Positions 46,692-55,723 of a stretch of 64,000 nucleotides of DNA are shown piece after piece. Location of the stretch: positions 1 through 64,000 of the IMG/VR virus record IMGVR_UViG_3300043640_000137, one strand, 5' to 3'. The first letter of the stretch is position 1. Each line of letters starts with the position of its first letter. The position numbers and the translations under genes were made by a program. The stretch comes from a virus. Under the pieces are notes generated by a model. That model was not told where the DNA came from. It searched no databases and saw only the letters and a program-made list of their open reading frames with translations.

Positions 46692-47041
46692 CACCATTCT
46701 CCCGGAGGCGGATCGTCTTCTGTGAGGCCCGCGTTGAACCACGCCTGGAACCACTCCCACGCGCCGAGCGTGCCGGTCGAGACAGCTATGCCGGCAGCTT
46801 CGAGCAGCGTGTAGCCGCAGAACTTCTCTTCTTCAGCCGGCGGAGCGTTGGCCATGCACAGCGCGAGATCAGCGATAGCTCCGTTCTGATCGGCGCCGGC
46901 TCGTGTCTGTGCAAGCTGTTCTTCCAGTTCCTCGATACGGTCGGCAGCGAGGTTAAGGGACTCCATAATGTGGATCGGGTTTCGGTCGATGTTGTCACCG
47001 ACCTCGAAGGAGACTTTGCGGAGCCCTGCTGCCGTCACCAT
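46691..47041 (-). CDS. Hypothetical protein
   Basis: AADRIEELE motif; TGATG coupling. Confidence 0.6.
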   Translation of the reverse strand: MVTAAGLRKVSFEVGDNIDRNPIHIMESLNLAADRIEELEEQLAQTRAGADQNGAIADLALCMANAPPAEEEKFCGYTLLEAAGIAVSTGTLGAWEWFQAWFNAGLTEDDPPPGEW

Positions 47042-47229
47042 CACCAAAGCTCCCGTGCGTTGCGGAGCATGTCCCGCGTGAAGATGAATGGCAGCGACCC
47101 CGCGTTGATGACGCCGTTCAACAGCGCGACTGCCGGAACCCACGTAAAGGTGTAGAGCAGGATGAACGGGAAGACCTCGATCGAGATGGTGCAGGCGTAG
47201 TGGAGCGCGATGTCGGTGCCGTCAGTCAT
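47041..47229 (-). CDS. Small membrane protein
   Basis: 62 aa, hydrophobic. Confidence 0.5.
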   Translation of the reverse strand: MTDGTDIALHYACTISIEVFPFILLYTFTWVPAVALLNGVINAGSLPFIFTRDMLRNARELW

Positions 47230-47555
47230 GGGTTCCCGTACCTTTCACGGACTGATGATGATAATCGCCGCACTGCCAAGCGCGACGGCGAGCGCCGAAC
47301 GTGAACTCGAAATTCTTCCGGCCCATGACGTACCACCACACAAGAGGGCGGCGGGGGACGCGATGCTGCCAGAACTTCGAGCGGCTGAGATCACAGGTCA
47401 TGGGCCGGTTCCGAACAGAGAGTCGAACAAGTCCCACATCGCATCGACGGAGTGCGTGATCCCCGCGGCAACGCAATTGCCGAAGTGCATGAACTCATAT
47501 TCGACACGGCCGGCGTGCTCGATGAACGAGAGCCAGTATCCCCGCTCTGTGCCGA

Positions 47556-47780
47556 TCACGACGGTCTCCTCTCGCCCGTCTCGAACATCTCGCGGCCGTC
47601 GAGCGAGTGATGGACGGTGACGCCTTCGTCATCGGTAGGGTTGCACCAGCAAGGGCCGTCCGCTTCCGAGTCAGGCAAGATGTGCGGACGCAGATCGTCG
47701 ATCGGGTAGACGACCCGAGTGGTCACAGGCCCGTTCAGCGAGTCGCCGTAGGAGCTTGCCTTCCAACCGCCGAAGGTCAT
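47556..47780 (-). CDS. Small Cys/His protein
   Basis: P.DDLRPH...CWCNP......VHHSLDGRE. Confidence 0.7.
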   Translation of the reverse strand: MTFGGWKASSYGDSLNGPVTTRVVYPIDDLRPHILPDSEADGPCWCNPTDDEGVTVHHSLDGREMFETGERRPS

Positions 47781-47781
47781 G

Positions 47782-48018
47782 TCAGCCGGCTCCCGTGTAG
47801 GATCGACGCGTCTGCATCTTCGGCGTCGTCCATTTGGTGATCGCGCCGTTCGCCGCCTGCGTGGTGACGTGCTTGATGCGGAACTCGTTCTGCAAGCGCC
47901 GAAGCGCGATGCGGGCGGTCTTGTTGTCCACGCCGAACTTCTCGGCTATGTCGTCGGTCGAGGCTTCACCCTGCTCACGGATGAAAGCCACGACCTCATC
48001 GTCTTTGTGCAAGCCCAT
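47782..48018 (-). CDS. Winged-helix DNA-binding protein
   Basis: V.FIREQG.AST.DIAEKFGV...TAR..L.RL. Confidence 0.7.
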   Translation of the reverse strand: MGLHKDDEVVAFIREQGEASTDDIAEKFGVDNKTARIALRRLQNEFRIKHVTTQAANGAITKWTTPKMQTRRSYTGAG

Positions 48019-48027
48019 GATACCCTC

Positions 48028-48660
48028 TTAATGGATCGTGCGGCGCGTGGTATCCTTCACGCGACGGCTGCGCTTGGCAGGGATGTCGGCACCGTTGCCG
48101 ATCGCGCGGAAGGCTTCGCCGTTCATGACGGACGTGCCGAGCGCAGCCATGTCCTCTTGAAAGCCTTCTTGATCGCGGAAGGTGTAAGCGGGCTTCGGGT
48201 TCGGATACTTGTCGATGAGCGCCGCGGCCTTTTGATTGAGCGCGAGCAGCCAGCCCTTCGGAGCGTGCGGCGGGCGGTCATCGATCAGCTTGCCGTAAAT
48301 CTGCGCGGAGCGGAGCACCACGAGGCAGGCAGCGGCCTTGGTGAGATGCGACAGGCCGGACTCCTCATCGGTGTCTTCGCCTTCCCACCACGCGGGCATG
48401 TGCCGAGCCATGATCGCGTCGTAGTAGACGGAAGCGCGGACGCCCGCGATGAGGTAGTTGTGCCGGCCGTACTTCAGCGCGCCTTCGAGCATCGCGACGC
48501 CGATCTCCAAGATCATCGGCATGGGCACGGTCGAGAGGTACGCCTTCTTGACGCCGACCGAATCCTTCGGGTTGGTGGATTTGCTCGTCAGCTTGACGAC
48601 CTCACCGCTAATGCGAGGGCCGACACCGCGGACACTGGCTCGTTTTAGGGTCTTGACCAT
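48028..48660 (-). CDS. dATP/dGTP diphosphohydrolase-domain protein (DUF5664)
   Basis: NPKD.VG.KK..LS.VP...GA.KYGRHNY...YYDA..RH...WWEGED.D.ESGLSHL..A. Confidence 0.85.
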   Translation of the reverse strand: MVKTLKRASVRGVGPRISGEVVKLTSKSTNPKDSVGVKKAYLSTVPMPMILEIGVAMLEGALKYGRHNYLIAGVRASVYYDAIMARHMPAWWEGEDTDEESGLSHLTKAAACLVVLRSAQIYGKLIDDRPPHAPKGWLLALNQKAAALIDKYPNPKPAYTFRDQEGFQEDMAALGTSVMNGEAFRAIGNGADIPAKRSRRVKDTTRRTIH

Positions 48661-48664
48661 AATT

Positions 48665-48868
48665 TCACCTATTCAGCAAAGAGACGAAAATGTCGGGAGA
48701 GCCGGCCGCTGCTACTGTCCGGCCCGTTGTCGCGCTTGATGCGGTCGATCGCATCGGCAGCCTGATTGACAGCGAGGAGCAGAGCGGTCTCCGGTGAGCG
48801 GTGCGCAGCCGATCAGAGTGCGGATGCGTTTGTCCCTCGGCGCGCAGTTGCTTGGTCGTGATGACCAT
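48665..48868 (-). CDS. Hypothetical protein
   Basis: Same SD/start cassette as the downstream gene. Confidence 0.35.
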   Translation of the reverse strand: MVITTKQLRAEGQTHPHSDRLRTAHRRPLCSSLSIRLPMRSTASSATTGRTVAAAGSPDIFVSLLNR

Positions 48869-48876
48869 AATTTCAC

Positions 48877-49617
48877 CTATGAGGGAATCGAGAGGTTGAT
48901 CTCGTCGAGCGTCGGGAAGATGCGGAAGTTGACGGCGGCTTCCTTGAAGAGCGTGACCACGCGATCGAAGTCAGCCTTCCACTTCGGATCGTCGAGACGC
49001 ATCGCATAGCCGAAGACATGCGTGATGCCGGCCTGGACGATGGCTCGGCCGCAATCCATGCACGGAACCCAGGTGCAGTAGAGCGTCGAGCCTTCGAGCG
49101 GTGTGCCGCGGCGAGCAGCGAGATAGATCGCGTTGCGCTCGGCGTGCTCGGTCCAGAAATACTTCTCGGGACGCTCGTGACGCTCGGGCGCCGTATCGTC
49201 GATGCCGGCGGGGAAGCTGTTGTATCCGGTCGAGAGCGTGGCGTTGTCCCGGCCAACGATGACGCAGCCGATCTGAGTCGAGCGGTCCTTGCTGCGCAGT
49301 GCCGCCACTCGCGCCATCGTCATGTGGTAGTGATCCCAGTCGGGGATGCGACGGGAGCCGTCATTATTGAAACCGGGCTCGAAGGCGTACTCGGATGGAA
49401 CGACGGAGTATTCGCTGGCCTCGGATGCCGCGAAGCCAGGATGCTCGGCTTTGCAGTCGGGGCATTCCACGGCGCTCATGATGCGGCGCCCGTGCTTGCA
49501 TAAGTGACGACTTAACGATAGGCCGACATCGAGACGGTCACGCAAGGTTGCGCCTTCGTCCTCGCACTTGAAGCACTTCAGCGTCAGCCGTGTGCCGTGC
49601 TTGCAGAGGAGTGCCAT
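48877..49617 (-). CDS. dCMP deaminase with N-terminal CKHG zinc-knuckle repeats
   Basis: RSKD.STQIGCVIV...TGYN; HAERNAI; PCMDC; start moved to MALLCKHG. Confidence 0.88.
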   Translation of the reverse strand: MALLCKHGTRLTLKCFKCEDEGATLRDRLDVGLSLSRHLCKHGRRIMSAVECPDCKAEHPGFAASEASEYSVVPSEYAFEPGFNNDGSRRIPDWDHYHMTMARVAALRSKDRSTQIGCVIVGRDNATLSTGYNSFPAGIDDTAPERHERPEKYFWTEHAERNAIYLAARRGTPLEGSTLYCTWVPCMDCGRAIVQAGITHVFGYAMRLDDPKWKADFDRVVTLFKEAAVNFRIFPTLDEINLSIPS

Positions 49618-49619
49618 GG

Positions 49620-49925
49620 TCAGAACCCTTCCCGACGCGGTGCGCCGTTCTCTTCCATGCAGGCGACGCCAAGGGCAGTCACCTTGCGGATGAAGTCGAG
49701 CACCTTGTTCTTTGCATCCGGCCCCCATGAAGTCGCGGCAATGCGCTTCGCTTCGTCGAGGTACACGTCCATGTAAAGGATGAACTCATCGACCGAATGG
49801 CTCGGAGCACCGTTGTCGCGGCTCTTGCGCATGTTCTGGTACGCGCGCTCGCTATCCACCGCCTCGTAAGCCGATTGCCGCTCGACCGAACGGGGGTAGA
49901 TGAGAGCACCGATGTTCTGGGTCAT
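49620..49925 (-). CDS. MazG-like (all-alpha NTP pyrophosphatase) protein
   Basis: V..ER.YQ...EFILYM..YL.EA...IRKV.ALGVACME. Confidence 0.55.
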   Translation of the reverse strand: MTQNIGALIYPRSVERQSAYEAVDSERAYQNMRKSRDNGAPSHSVDEFILYMDVYLDEAKRIAATSWGPDAKNKVLDFIRKVTALGVACMEENGAPRREGF

Positions 49926-50047
49926 AGTACGTGGAACCTTCTAGCGAAGTGGTAGAGGAGGATCAGGGCACCGAGGCAGACAGCAGCCTTGAAGAGATCG
50001 CCTTGCTGCCACGCCCAAATCCGTACATTCCAGACGAGACCGCGCAT
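49922..50047 (-). CDS. Small membrane protein
   Basis: 41 aa, one TM; coupled to neighbours. Confidence 0.45.
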   Translation of the reverse strand: MRGLVWNVRIWAWQQGDLFKAAVCLGALILLYHFARRFHVL

Positions 50048-50048
50048 G

Positions 50049-50315
50049 TCAGAACCCTTGTGCCGGCTTGAAGATGATCCCGATGACGAGGACCACCAGG
50101 AGGATGAAGGCGATGTTGGAAAGGTCGCAGGGCAGCAGCTTGCCCGTCTCCTCATCGCCGCCGCATGACCCGCACATGAGGTCGAGCAGCCGGTCATTGC
50201 CCCACTGCGTCCACATCCACCGGAAGCGCGTGCTGTAGTGAAGGTTGTCGTGCAAGGTCAGCAGCAGCATCGCCGTGTTGAGCCAGAGGGTGCGGAGAAA
50301 AAGGGTCTTGACCAT
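50049..50315 (-). CDS. Membrane protein
   Basis: GGTGA SD; C-terminal TM. Confidence 0.55.
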   Translation of the reverse strand: MVKTLFLRTLWLNTAMLLLTLHDNLHYSTRFRWMWTQWGNDRLLDLMCGSCGGDEETGKLLPCDLSNIAFILLVVLVIGIIFKPAQGF

Positions 50316-50319
50316 AAAA

Positions 50320-50547
50320 TCACCGCCGCGGTTTCAGGTATTCGACTTCGAGAGACTCCAAGGCGTTGAGCACGGCCTTGATGTCCCGCTGTGCGACGCT
50401 GGTGCTTGCATGGACCAGCAGCACGATCGCTCGCTCGTTGAGCCTGCCGGCGCGCAGCCTCTTCACGCCTTGCGACATCTCGACGATCGCTGCGGCGAGG
50501 ACTTCGCTCGGAGTCTCGTCGGGCGTCACGACTATGCTGCGGGTCAT
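50320..50547 (-). CDS. Conserved phage hypothetical protein
   Basis: EVLA.AI.EMS.G...L...RLNERAIVLL...IK.VL.AL..LE..YLK. Confidence 0.65.
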   Translation of the reverse strand: MTRSIVVTPDETPSEVLAAAIVEMSQGVKRLRAGRLNERAIVLLVHASTSVAQRDIKAVLNALESLEVEYLKPRR

Positions 50548-50741
50548 CGGCCTACCCTCTTGATGCGCGAGATGTGGATCGGCGCGTAAGGCAGGCCCTC
50601 CATCGCGTGCATGGCTCGGTCGGCAGCCGTGTCGATGAGGCTGCGAACCTCTTCACGCGTGAGATGCTGCGTGTCCACCGAGATCGTGATGTCGATCTTC
50701 GCGTGGGGCGTATCGGCGGCGAGCCGGGTTGAGCGCCTCAC
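50544..50741 (-). CDS. Hypothetical protein
   Basis: GTGA/ATGA coupling. Confidence 0.5.
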   Translation of the reverse strand: MRRSTRLAADTPHAKIDITISVDTQHLTREEVRSLIDTAADRAMHAMEGLPYAPIHISRIKRVGR

Positions 50742-51319
50742 CGGACGTACGCCTCGGCCGGCATGCGACCTTGCGCATCGAGCGCGTAAAGGGTGCGGGC
50801 TTTGTTGCCGAAGCCGTAGGAGTATCCCACGGGCGGCTTCCGACCAGCGGAGTCGGGGTTGCCGTTGCCGTTGCCGGTGCGGGGGTAGTGGGGTCCTTGC
50901 GCCAGTCGCGCGACAAGCTCCTCGACGCTGAAGAAGACGCCGCCGGACGCGAAGTTATACATGACGTCGTAGCGCTCGGGCATCGGACCTTCGATCAGGA
51001 TGAAGCCCTGCTTGCCGCAGCCGATCATGTAGCCGAGTTCCAGATGGCCGCTCTTGCCGGCGGGCATCAAGAGAACGGCCGTGTCCTGCGCGTCGAGATG
51101 TCGCTTGTCGAAGTCGAACACGTCCTGCGCGTGGGGCGCGGCGAGCGCTTCCGAGTACGTGCGACCGCGCTGCGTCTCGTAGCGCTGCCAGCAGTCGTCA
51201 GCCTCGGGACCAGCGGCGAACCAGTCGTCGAACACGGCATGCCCGCTACGGCGAAGCTCAGCGGAGACAAGGGGGACGCGCTCGTTGCGTAGCGATCCGA
51301 TCAGATAGATTTTTCGCAT
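50738..51319 (-). CDS. Nucleoside 2-deoxyribosyltransferase-like protein
   Basis: KIYLIGSLRN...FD..HLD..D..VL.MPAGKSGHLELGY..G. Confidence 0.75.
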   Translation of the reverse strand: MRKIYLIGSLRNERVPLVSAELRRSGHAVFDDWFAAGPEADDCWQRYETQRGRTYSEALAAPHAQDVFDFDKRHLDAQDTAVLLMPAGKSGHLELGYMIGCGKQGFILIEGPMPERYDVMYNFASGGVFFSVEELVARLAQGPHYPRTGNGNGNPDSAGRKPPVGYSYGFGNKARTLYALDAQGRMPAEAYVR

Positions 51320-51600
51320 GACACTTCCTCGACGACCGGAAACGACGCGTACCGGCTGATAAAATTGGCTGGGATATTCTTGCCGATCTCGTGTGCGAGT
51401 CCGGTGGGATCGGTGTATTCGAGACCACGGAGGTCATTGACCTTCATGACCTTCAACACGCCTTCCTTCGCAAGCTCGTCGAGCACCTTCTTCATACGCG
51501 CGCCGATACGGGACGCTGTGTTGAAGGTGAGCTTGGTCGCGGACTGGTGCTTCCAGAACACGGCGCAGACTGCTCGCGCGCTTTCGGTGAGAACGACCAC
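51301..51600 (-). CDS. Hypothetical (winged-helix-like) protein
   Basis: 99 aa; LDELAKEGVL. Confidence 0.5.
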   Translation of the reverse strand: MVVLTESARAVCAVFWKHQSATKLTFNTASRIGARMKKVLDELAKEGVLKVMKVNDLRGLEYTDPTGLAHEIGKNIPANFISRYASFPVVEEVSCEKSI

Positions 51601-51603
51601 GGG

Positions 51604-52140
51604 CTAAAGCCCCGGTGTGAGCAGATGCGCCGCGATGATCGCGGCCTCTTCGAGCGTCGGCACGATGTAGCCGGCGATGGCCTGGATCATGCCGTGCCAA
51701 TGCGGGTTCACCAGCGGAACCTCTTCATCGGGGCGAGGATTCGAGCGGAACATCTGACCGTCTCGCTCGATGACGAGGATGACCGGCTTGCGGTAGGCGT
51801 GCGCGAGGCCGAACTCGATCGCAGTGCCGACCGATGCCTTCTCGGCGCCGAGGAAGTTCGCGATCATGAGATCGCAGTTCATGACGTCGTTGCCGTCGCG
51901 ACACATGATGCCCTTGGCCGTGGCCATGGCGTGTTGCGGGTACATGTTGGGATCGCCGACGAGGATGCCCGCGTCCTTCAGAAAGGACTTGCCGCGCATC
52001 GGCGACAGCGTGCGAATGTGGTCCGGCAGAAGCTTCGCGAGGTCCGCGCGCCAACCAAGAGCCGAGTCCTGGTAGTTGAGGCCGGTGATCGGCCCAGCCG
52101 TGTAGACGGTTTTCTGAGGGTACGGCAGGAGGTTCAGCAT
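51604..52140 (-). CDS. Nucleoside 2-deoxyribosyltransferase-like protein
   Basis: VY.AGPITG...LSPMRGK...RD..DV..CD..IAN......SVGT.IEFG.A.A..KPVI. Confidence 0.85.
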   Translation of the reverse strand: MLNLLPYPQKTVYTAGPITGLNYQDSALGWRADLAKLLPDHIRTLSPMRGKSFLKDAGILVGDPNMYPQHAMATAKGIMCRDGNDVMNCDLMIANFLGAEKASVGTAIEFGLAHAYRKPVILVIERDGQMFRSNPRPDEEVPLVNPHWHGMIQAIAGYIVPTLEEAAIIAAHLLTPGL

Positions 52141-52224
52141 CGTCGTCTCCGTTTCAATCCTAGGAAGCTGTTGCTCAGCTATTATTAAGACTGTAACGGA
52201 AAGGTTTTTGGCTGTCTAGCCTTT

Positions 52225-52467
52225 TTAAGTAGCTGATCGGTGTTTTATCCAGAGCGTCCGCGCGCTCATGGTGCCGAGGACCGTTTCAAGGAGGAAGAGG
52301 TACATCGGCCACGGCTGAACGAAGAAGGTCCAGGCGGCCCAGATGATGCAGCCGAGAAGGAGCAACGCCGACGCGAGCTTCACGTTGCGCGCCATCGTCC
52401 AATAACCGCCGAAGATAACGGCGGCGCCGACAAGCTGGATCGCGTCGGAGATGCTTAACATGATCAA
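52225..52467 (-). CDS. Small three-TM membrane protein
   Basis: 80 aa, three hydrophobic segments. Confidence 0.6.
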   Translation of the reverse strand: MIMLSISDAIQLVGAAVIFGGYWTMARNVKLASALLLLGCIIWAAWTFFVQPWPMYLFLLETVLGTMSARTLWIKHRSAT

Positions 52468-52844
52468 TCTTTCTTATGGCTCAGGCTGCCGAACTCGTTG
52501 ACGCGTTGCGGGCGCAGACCGTTGATCGCGTGCTTGTCTTCGGTGCTGGCGTGGATTTCCGCCGATGAGATGCCTGCGAGGCCGGCATATATTCTGAGGC
52601 AGATGCGAACGTCGCAAAGCTCTTTGACCGCTTCGACAATGCTCGGCTTCGTGCCTCGCGCGACCTCTTTAATGACCGCCTGCTGGACCACGGCCTCGAT
52701 CTGGTGAGGCGGAACACCAGCGGCGAAGCAGAACTCGACGTATTCTTCGAGTCCCTTCAGAGCCATCGGCCGCGATGCCGGCTCGACGCCGCCGGATGCT
52801 TCAAGGAACTGTCGGCGATACTGCTCGGCGAACTTATTGATCAT
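52464..52844 (-). CDS. MazG-like nucleotide pyrophosphohydrolase
   Basis: LEE..E ... EL.DV.I ... K..IN..R pattern. Confidence 0.6.
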   Translation of the reverse strand: MINKFAEQYRRQFLEASGGVEPASRPMALKGLEEYVEFCFAAGVPPHQIEAVVQQAVIKEVARGTKPSIVEAVKELCDVRICLRIYAGLAGISSAEIHASTEDKHAINGLRPQRVNEFGSLSHKKD

Positions 52845-53091
52845 CGTTCTCTCCTAGTGACAGCAGTCGGGGGCAGTCGTCCCAATCGATGAAGCCATGC
52901 GGACACGGCGGCGTATATCTGTCGTGCGGGTTCGTCCGAACCGGCGTCGCGATGCTGTCCTTCAGGCAGCACGGCTGGCCCTTCATGCACGGCACTTCCA
53001 TCGGGCACACGCCGATGCCGCTGGCGGGACAATCCTGGCGACGGCTGCCGTCCAGGAGTCGCCACTTCAGCCGCTTCAGAAATCGCCGCAT
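52834..53091 (-). CDS. Cys-rich small protein (possible 1-nt frameshift near the 3' end)
   Basis: TGATG-coupled start; removing one base of G5 at 52869-52873 gives CPHGFIDWDDCPDCCH-stop at 52854. Confidence 0.55.
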   Translation of the reverse strand: MRRFLKRLKWRLLDGSRRQDCPASGIGVCPMEVPCMKGQPCCLKDSIATPVRTNPHDRYTPPCPHGFIDWDDCPRLLSLGENDDQ

Positions 53092-54806
53092 CACCCGCTC
53101 CCTTTCGCGCGCCACTTGCCGTTCCAGAACGTGACGATCGCGCGCTTGCCGTTCTCGTAGGTGAGAATCTGCGAGTGCGACCACGAACTCGGGCCGTGTG
53201 TCCAGTCGGGATCGAGCACGCCGCAAGTGCCGGACGTGAAGACGCCATCGACGATCGAGGCCGAATGCTCGTGACCGCGGTTCATGCGGCGGCCCATGCG
53301 AGCGTAGGCCAGCGGGCTACCAGGGCGGCCGTTGGGGCCGGTGTCGCCGTGCATACCGTTCTCGATGCCGCCGTGATCGTCGGGGCACAGGATGAAGCTC
53401 TCGTCTTCTGCGAGGAACTGCGCCAGCTTCTCGGGCTTCGCGACGCCGATCTCCCGAAGCGCAAGGTAGAGGTAGTTCGGGCTCAGGCCACGGTGGATGC
53501 AGTCGTAGACACGAGCCGACATCGCAAGCCAGAACTCGCAGTTCACCGGGTCTTCGCGGCCGTCTTGCTCCTGAAGCCAGCGAGCGAGATGGTGATGATG
53601 GTTGCTATCGACGATGACGCTCTTGCACCACGGCCGGAAGGCGAGCCGGAGGAACGCTGCGACGTCGGTCACTTCTTTGCGGATGTCCTCGGCGCCTTGG
53701 ATGTAGCGGCGGAACATCGTGTGCGGGTTCTTCATCTCGTGATGCGAGCGACCGCGGAAGTGGAGAACGTCGTGGAGGAACTGGTACTCCGGCTTCAACT
53801 CATCGAGCATGCCGTTGGCGCCCCAGGCGATATCGTACGCGCCTTTGTCGCCCTCAGCGACGTGGATGTCGCCCCAGGTGATGCCCTTGACGCGATGGCC
53901 GGTCGTGACCTCGCCGTCCTTCACCCGCATGTCGTAGGCGTAGATCACGCCTTCGCTGTTCGCGTTGAGTTGGATAGGGAACCAGTCGCCGTCGCTATCG
54001 ACCTGGACGAGCAGCCCACCGTAGCAATGATGGAACTCGGCCTTCAGCCCTTCCTTGCGCTGGATGTAGTTGCGCTGCGTGAGGGTGCCGGTGGTGTAGT
54101 TGAATTTCGCCGGCTCCCCTCGGGCCGACGCGATCGACTGCATCTGAATCTTGACGTGAGGGAAGATGCCCGAGCGACGGCCGGTGTAGACTTCGAGCCC
54201 GGAGAGCGGTCGTACCGCGGTCGGCAGGATGTTCATCTCGCCGCACCAGACGAGCCCAGGCGCAAGCTCCTCACGGGTGTCGCAAAGGTACGGCTCGATC
54301 CGAGAATCCCACCAGCGGTCCTCGCTGCCGCCCAGGCGCTCGCGTTTGGTGAACGCCCCTTTGTCACCCTTCGCGCCGAGGCCCAGCTTCATATAAGCGA
54401 ACCGGGAGACGAGCAGATCGGCGTCGAGGTAGTCCTTCAGCGCGAGCATGTTCTGCCACAGCTTCTCGTGCAGCTTCGTGTTGTTCTGCGCGCACGTCAG
54501 GATGTAGGAGTAGACCTGACCTTCAGGCGGCGTCTCGAAACCGCCCGGCTGCATGGCGCGAAGCTGACCACCGGGCCGCGGCTTCGATTTCGGTGTCGCA
54601 TTCGCAACGACATCTTTGTGTTGGGTCTTCGGCTTCGCACCGACCGACAGAGGCTCCATGAGTCCTTCCGCCACGGCGGCGTGATACACTTTGAGGAAGC
54701 TGACCCACGACATGTTGTCGTCGGTGCCGCGGATCGAGCGCCACGATGCTTTGAGGCTGCCCTTTTCTTTGTAGAGCTTCACGAGCTTCTTCGGTGTCAT
54801 GGCCAT
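53091..54806 (-). CDS. Metallophosphoesterase/nuclease, T5 A1-like
   Basis: GDIH, HDVL...RSHH, SNHH, HGD.GPNG.PGS, GHEHS, SSWSHS; GGAG SD before MAMTPKK. Confidence 0.75.
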   Translation of the reverse strand: MAMTPKKLVKLYKEKGSLKASWRSIRGTDDNMSWVSFLKVYHAAVAEGLMEPLSVGAKPKTQHKDVVANATPKSKPRPGGQLRAMQPGGFETPPEGQVYSYILTCAQNNTKLHEKLWQNMLALKDYLDADLLVSRFAYMKLGLGAKGDKGAFTKRERLGGSEDRWWDSRIEPYLCDTREELAPGLVWCGEMNILPTAVRPLSGLEVYTGRRSGIFPHVKIQMQSIASARGEPAKFNYTTGTLTQRNYIQRKEGLKAEFHHCYGGLLVQVDSDGDWFPIQLNANSEGVIYAYDMRVKDGEVTTGHRVKGITWGDIHVAEGDKGAYDIAWGANGMLDELKPEYQFLHDVLHFRGRSHHEMKNPHTMFRRYIQGAEDIRKEVTDVAAFLRLAFRPWCKSVIVDSNHHHHLARWLQEQDGREDPVNCEFWLAMSARVYDCIHRGLSPNYLYLALREIGVAKPEKLAQFLAEDESFILCPDDHGGIENGMHGDTGPNGRPGSPLAYARMGRRMNRGHEHSASIVDGVFTSGTCGVLDPDWTHGPSSWSHSQILTYENGKRAIVTFWNGKWRAKGSG

Positions 54807-55063
54807 TGTCGGCGCTCCATAAAAGCAACAAGAATCTCGCCGTGGCACGCCTTCGGCTTGCACACGCATCCAATCGTTTTGTCGGTGAGAACTTCGCGGG
54901 CGCGTTCAACAATCTCCGGGTGATCGCGAAGGTGTTGCGCGTAGAGCATGAGACACTTATCCCGGCCGTAGACTTCGACGCGAAACGGATTGCTGAAAAT
55001 GCTCGGCCGCAAGATCGACACGTCGTAGCGTTCGCCGCTTCGGATGTTGATCACACGAGTCAT
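54797..55063 (-). CDS. DUF4326 protein
   Basis: V.N.R...YDV.I.RPS.FSNPF...IGC.CKP.ACHG.IL. Confidence 0.85.
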   Translation of the reverse strand: MTRVINIRSGERYDVSILRPSIFSNPFRVEVYGRDKCLMLYAQHLRDHPEIVERAREVLTDKTIGCVCKPKACHGEILVAFMERRQWP

Positions 55064-55231
55064 GGAGTGCCGAGCAAGGTGTAGACGCTCGCCTGCCGGT
55101 TCGTTGGCCACAGACAGAAACGGAGAAAATGATCTGTGTTCGCCCCAATCCTTGGTGCTTCCGTTGACACTCGGCACTCCACTTTCTCAAACGTACAATA
55201 GGCCCTGGCAGGAGTCAATGTAGCTCGATAG

Positions 55232-55705
55232 CTATTTGATAATTCCGGTAAGCTTTTGATAACCGTACAGAGCTATAAGCGCTGCTTCGGCGATGCCGTC
55301 CTTGTACCCGCCGCGAGGACCGATGAAGTCCTTGGTCTGCTTAGGGAACAGTTCCATGATGCGGATCACGGACGTTGACTTGTCGGCCTTGACCTTCATG
55401 GCCGGCTTCCAGACAGACGGCGAAGCCTCGGTGATTGGCGTGCGCGACGCTTGGAAGATGCCAGTGATGCGGCCCGTGGCGTATCCAAAGTTGAACATGC
55501 TCACCGTGCCTTGGTCGGGACGGGCGCCTACCTTCTCGATGAAGAGATGGTCGGCCGGCAGGATCAGGATATCGAGCAAGTCCATAAGCTCGGGCCACAC
55601 GACGAACTTGCCGGCCTTCGGGATTTCGAGAGTTACAAGCGACGTGCCGTCGTACTTTGCGACGCCACCGCTCTTGCCTGGATCGACACCAACAACGCTA
55701 AGCAT
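55232..55705 (-). CDS. RuvC-like Holliday junction resolvase
   Basis: VGVDPGKSGG; IEKV.ARP.QG.VSMF.FG; P..WK; DG.AEAALIA. Confidence 0.88.
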   Translation of the reverse strand: MLSVVGVDPGKSGGVAKYDGTSLVTLEIPKAGKFVVWPELMDLLDILILPADHLFIEKVGARPDQGTVSMFNFGYATGRITGIFQASRTPITEASPSVWKPAMKVKADKSTSVIRIMELFPKQTKDFIGPRGGYKDGIAEAALIALYGYQKLTGIIK

Positions 55706-55723
55706 GGTTCAAGCCTTCCTCGA

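Noticed and set aside
53175-54923. 582-aa plus-strand ORF and similar long antisense ORFs (27957-29384, 30452-31642, 24831-25760)
   Set aside because: Antisense shadows of GC3-biased genes, with no motifs or SD
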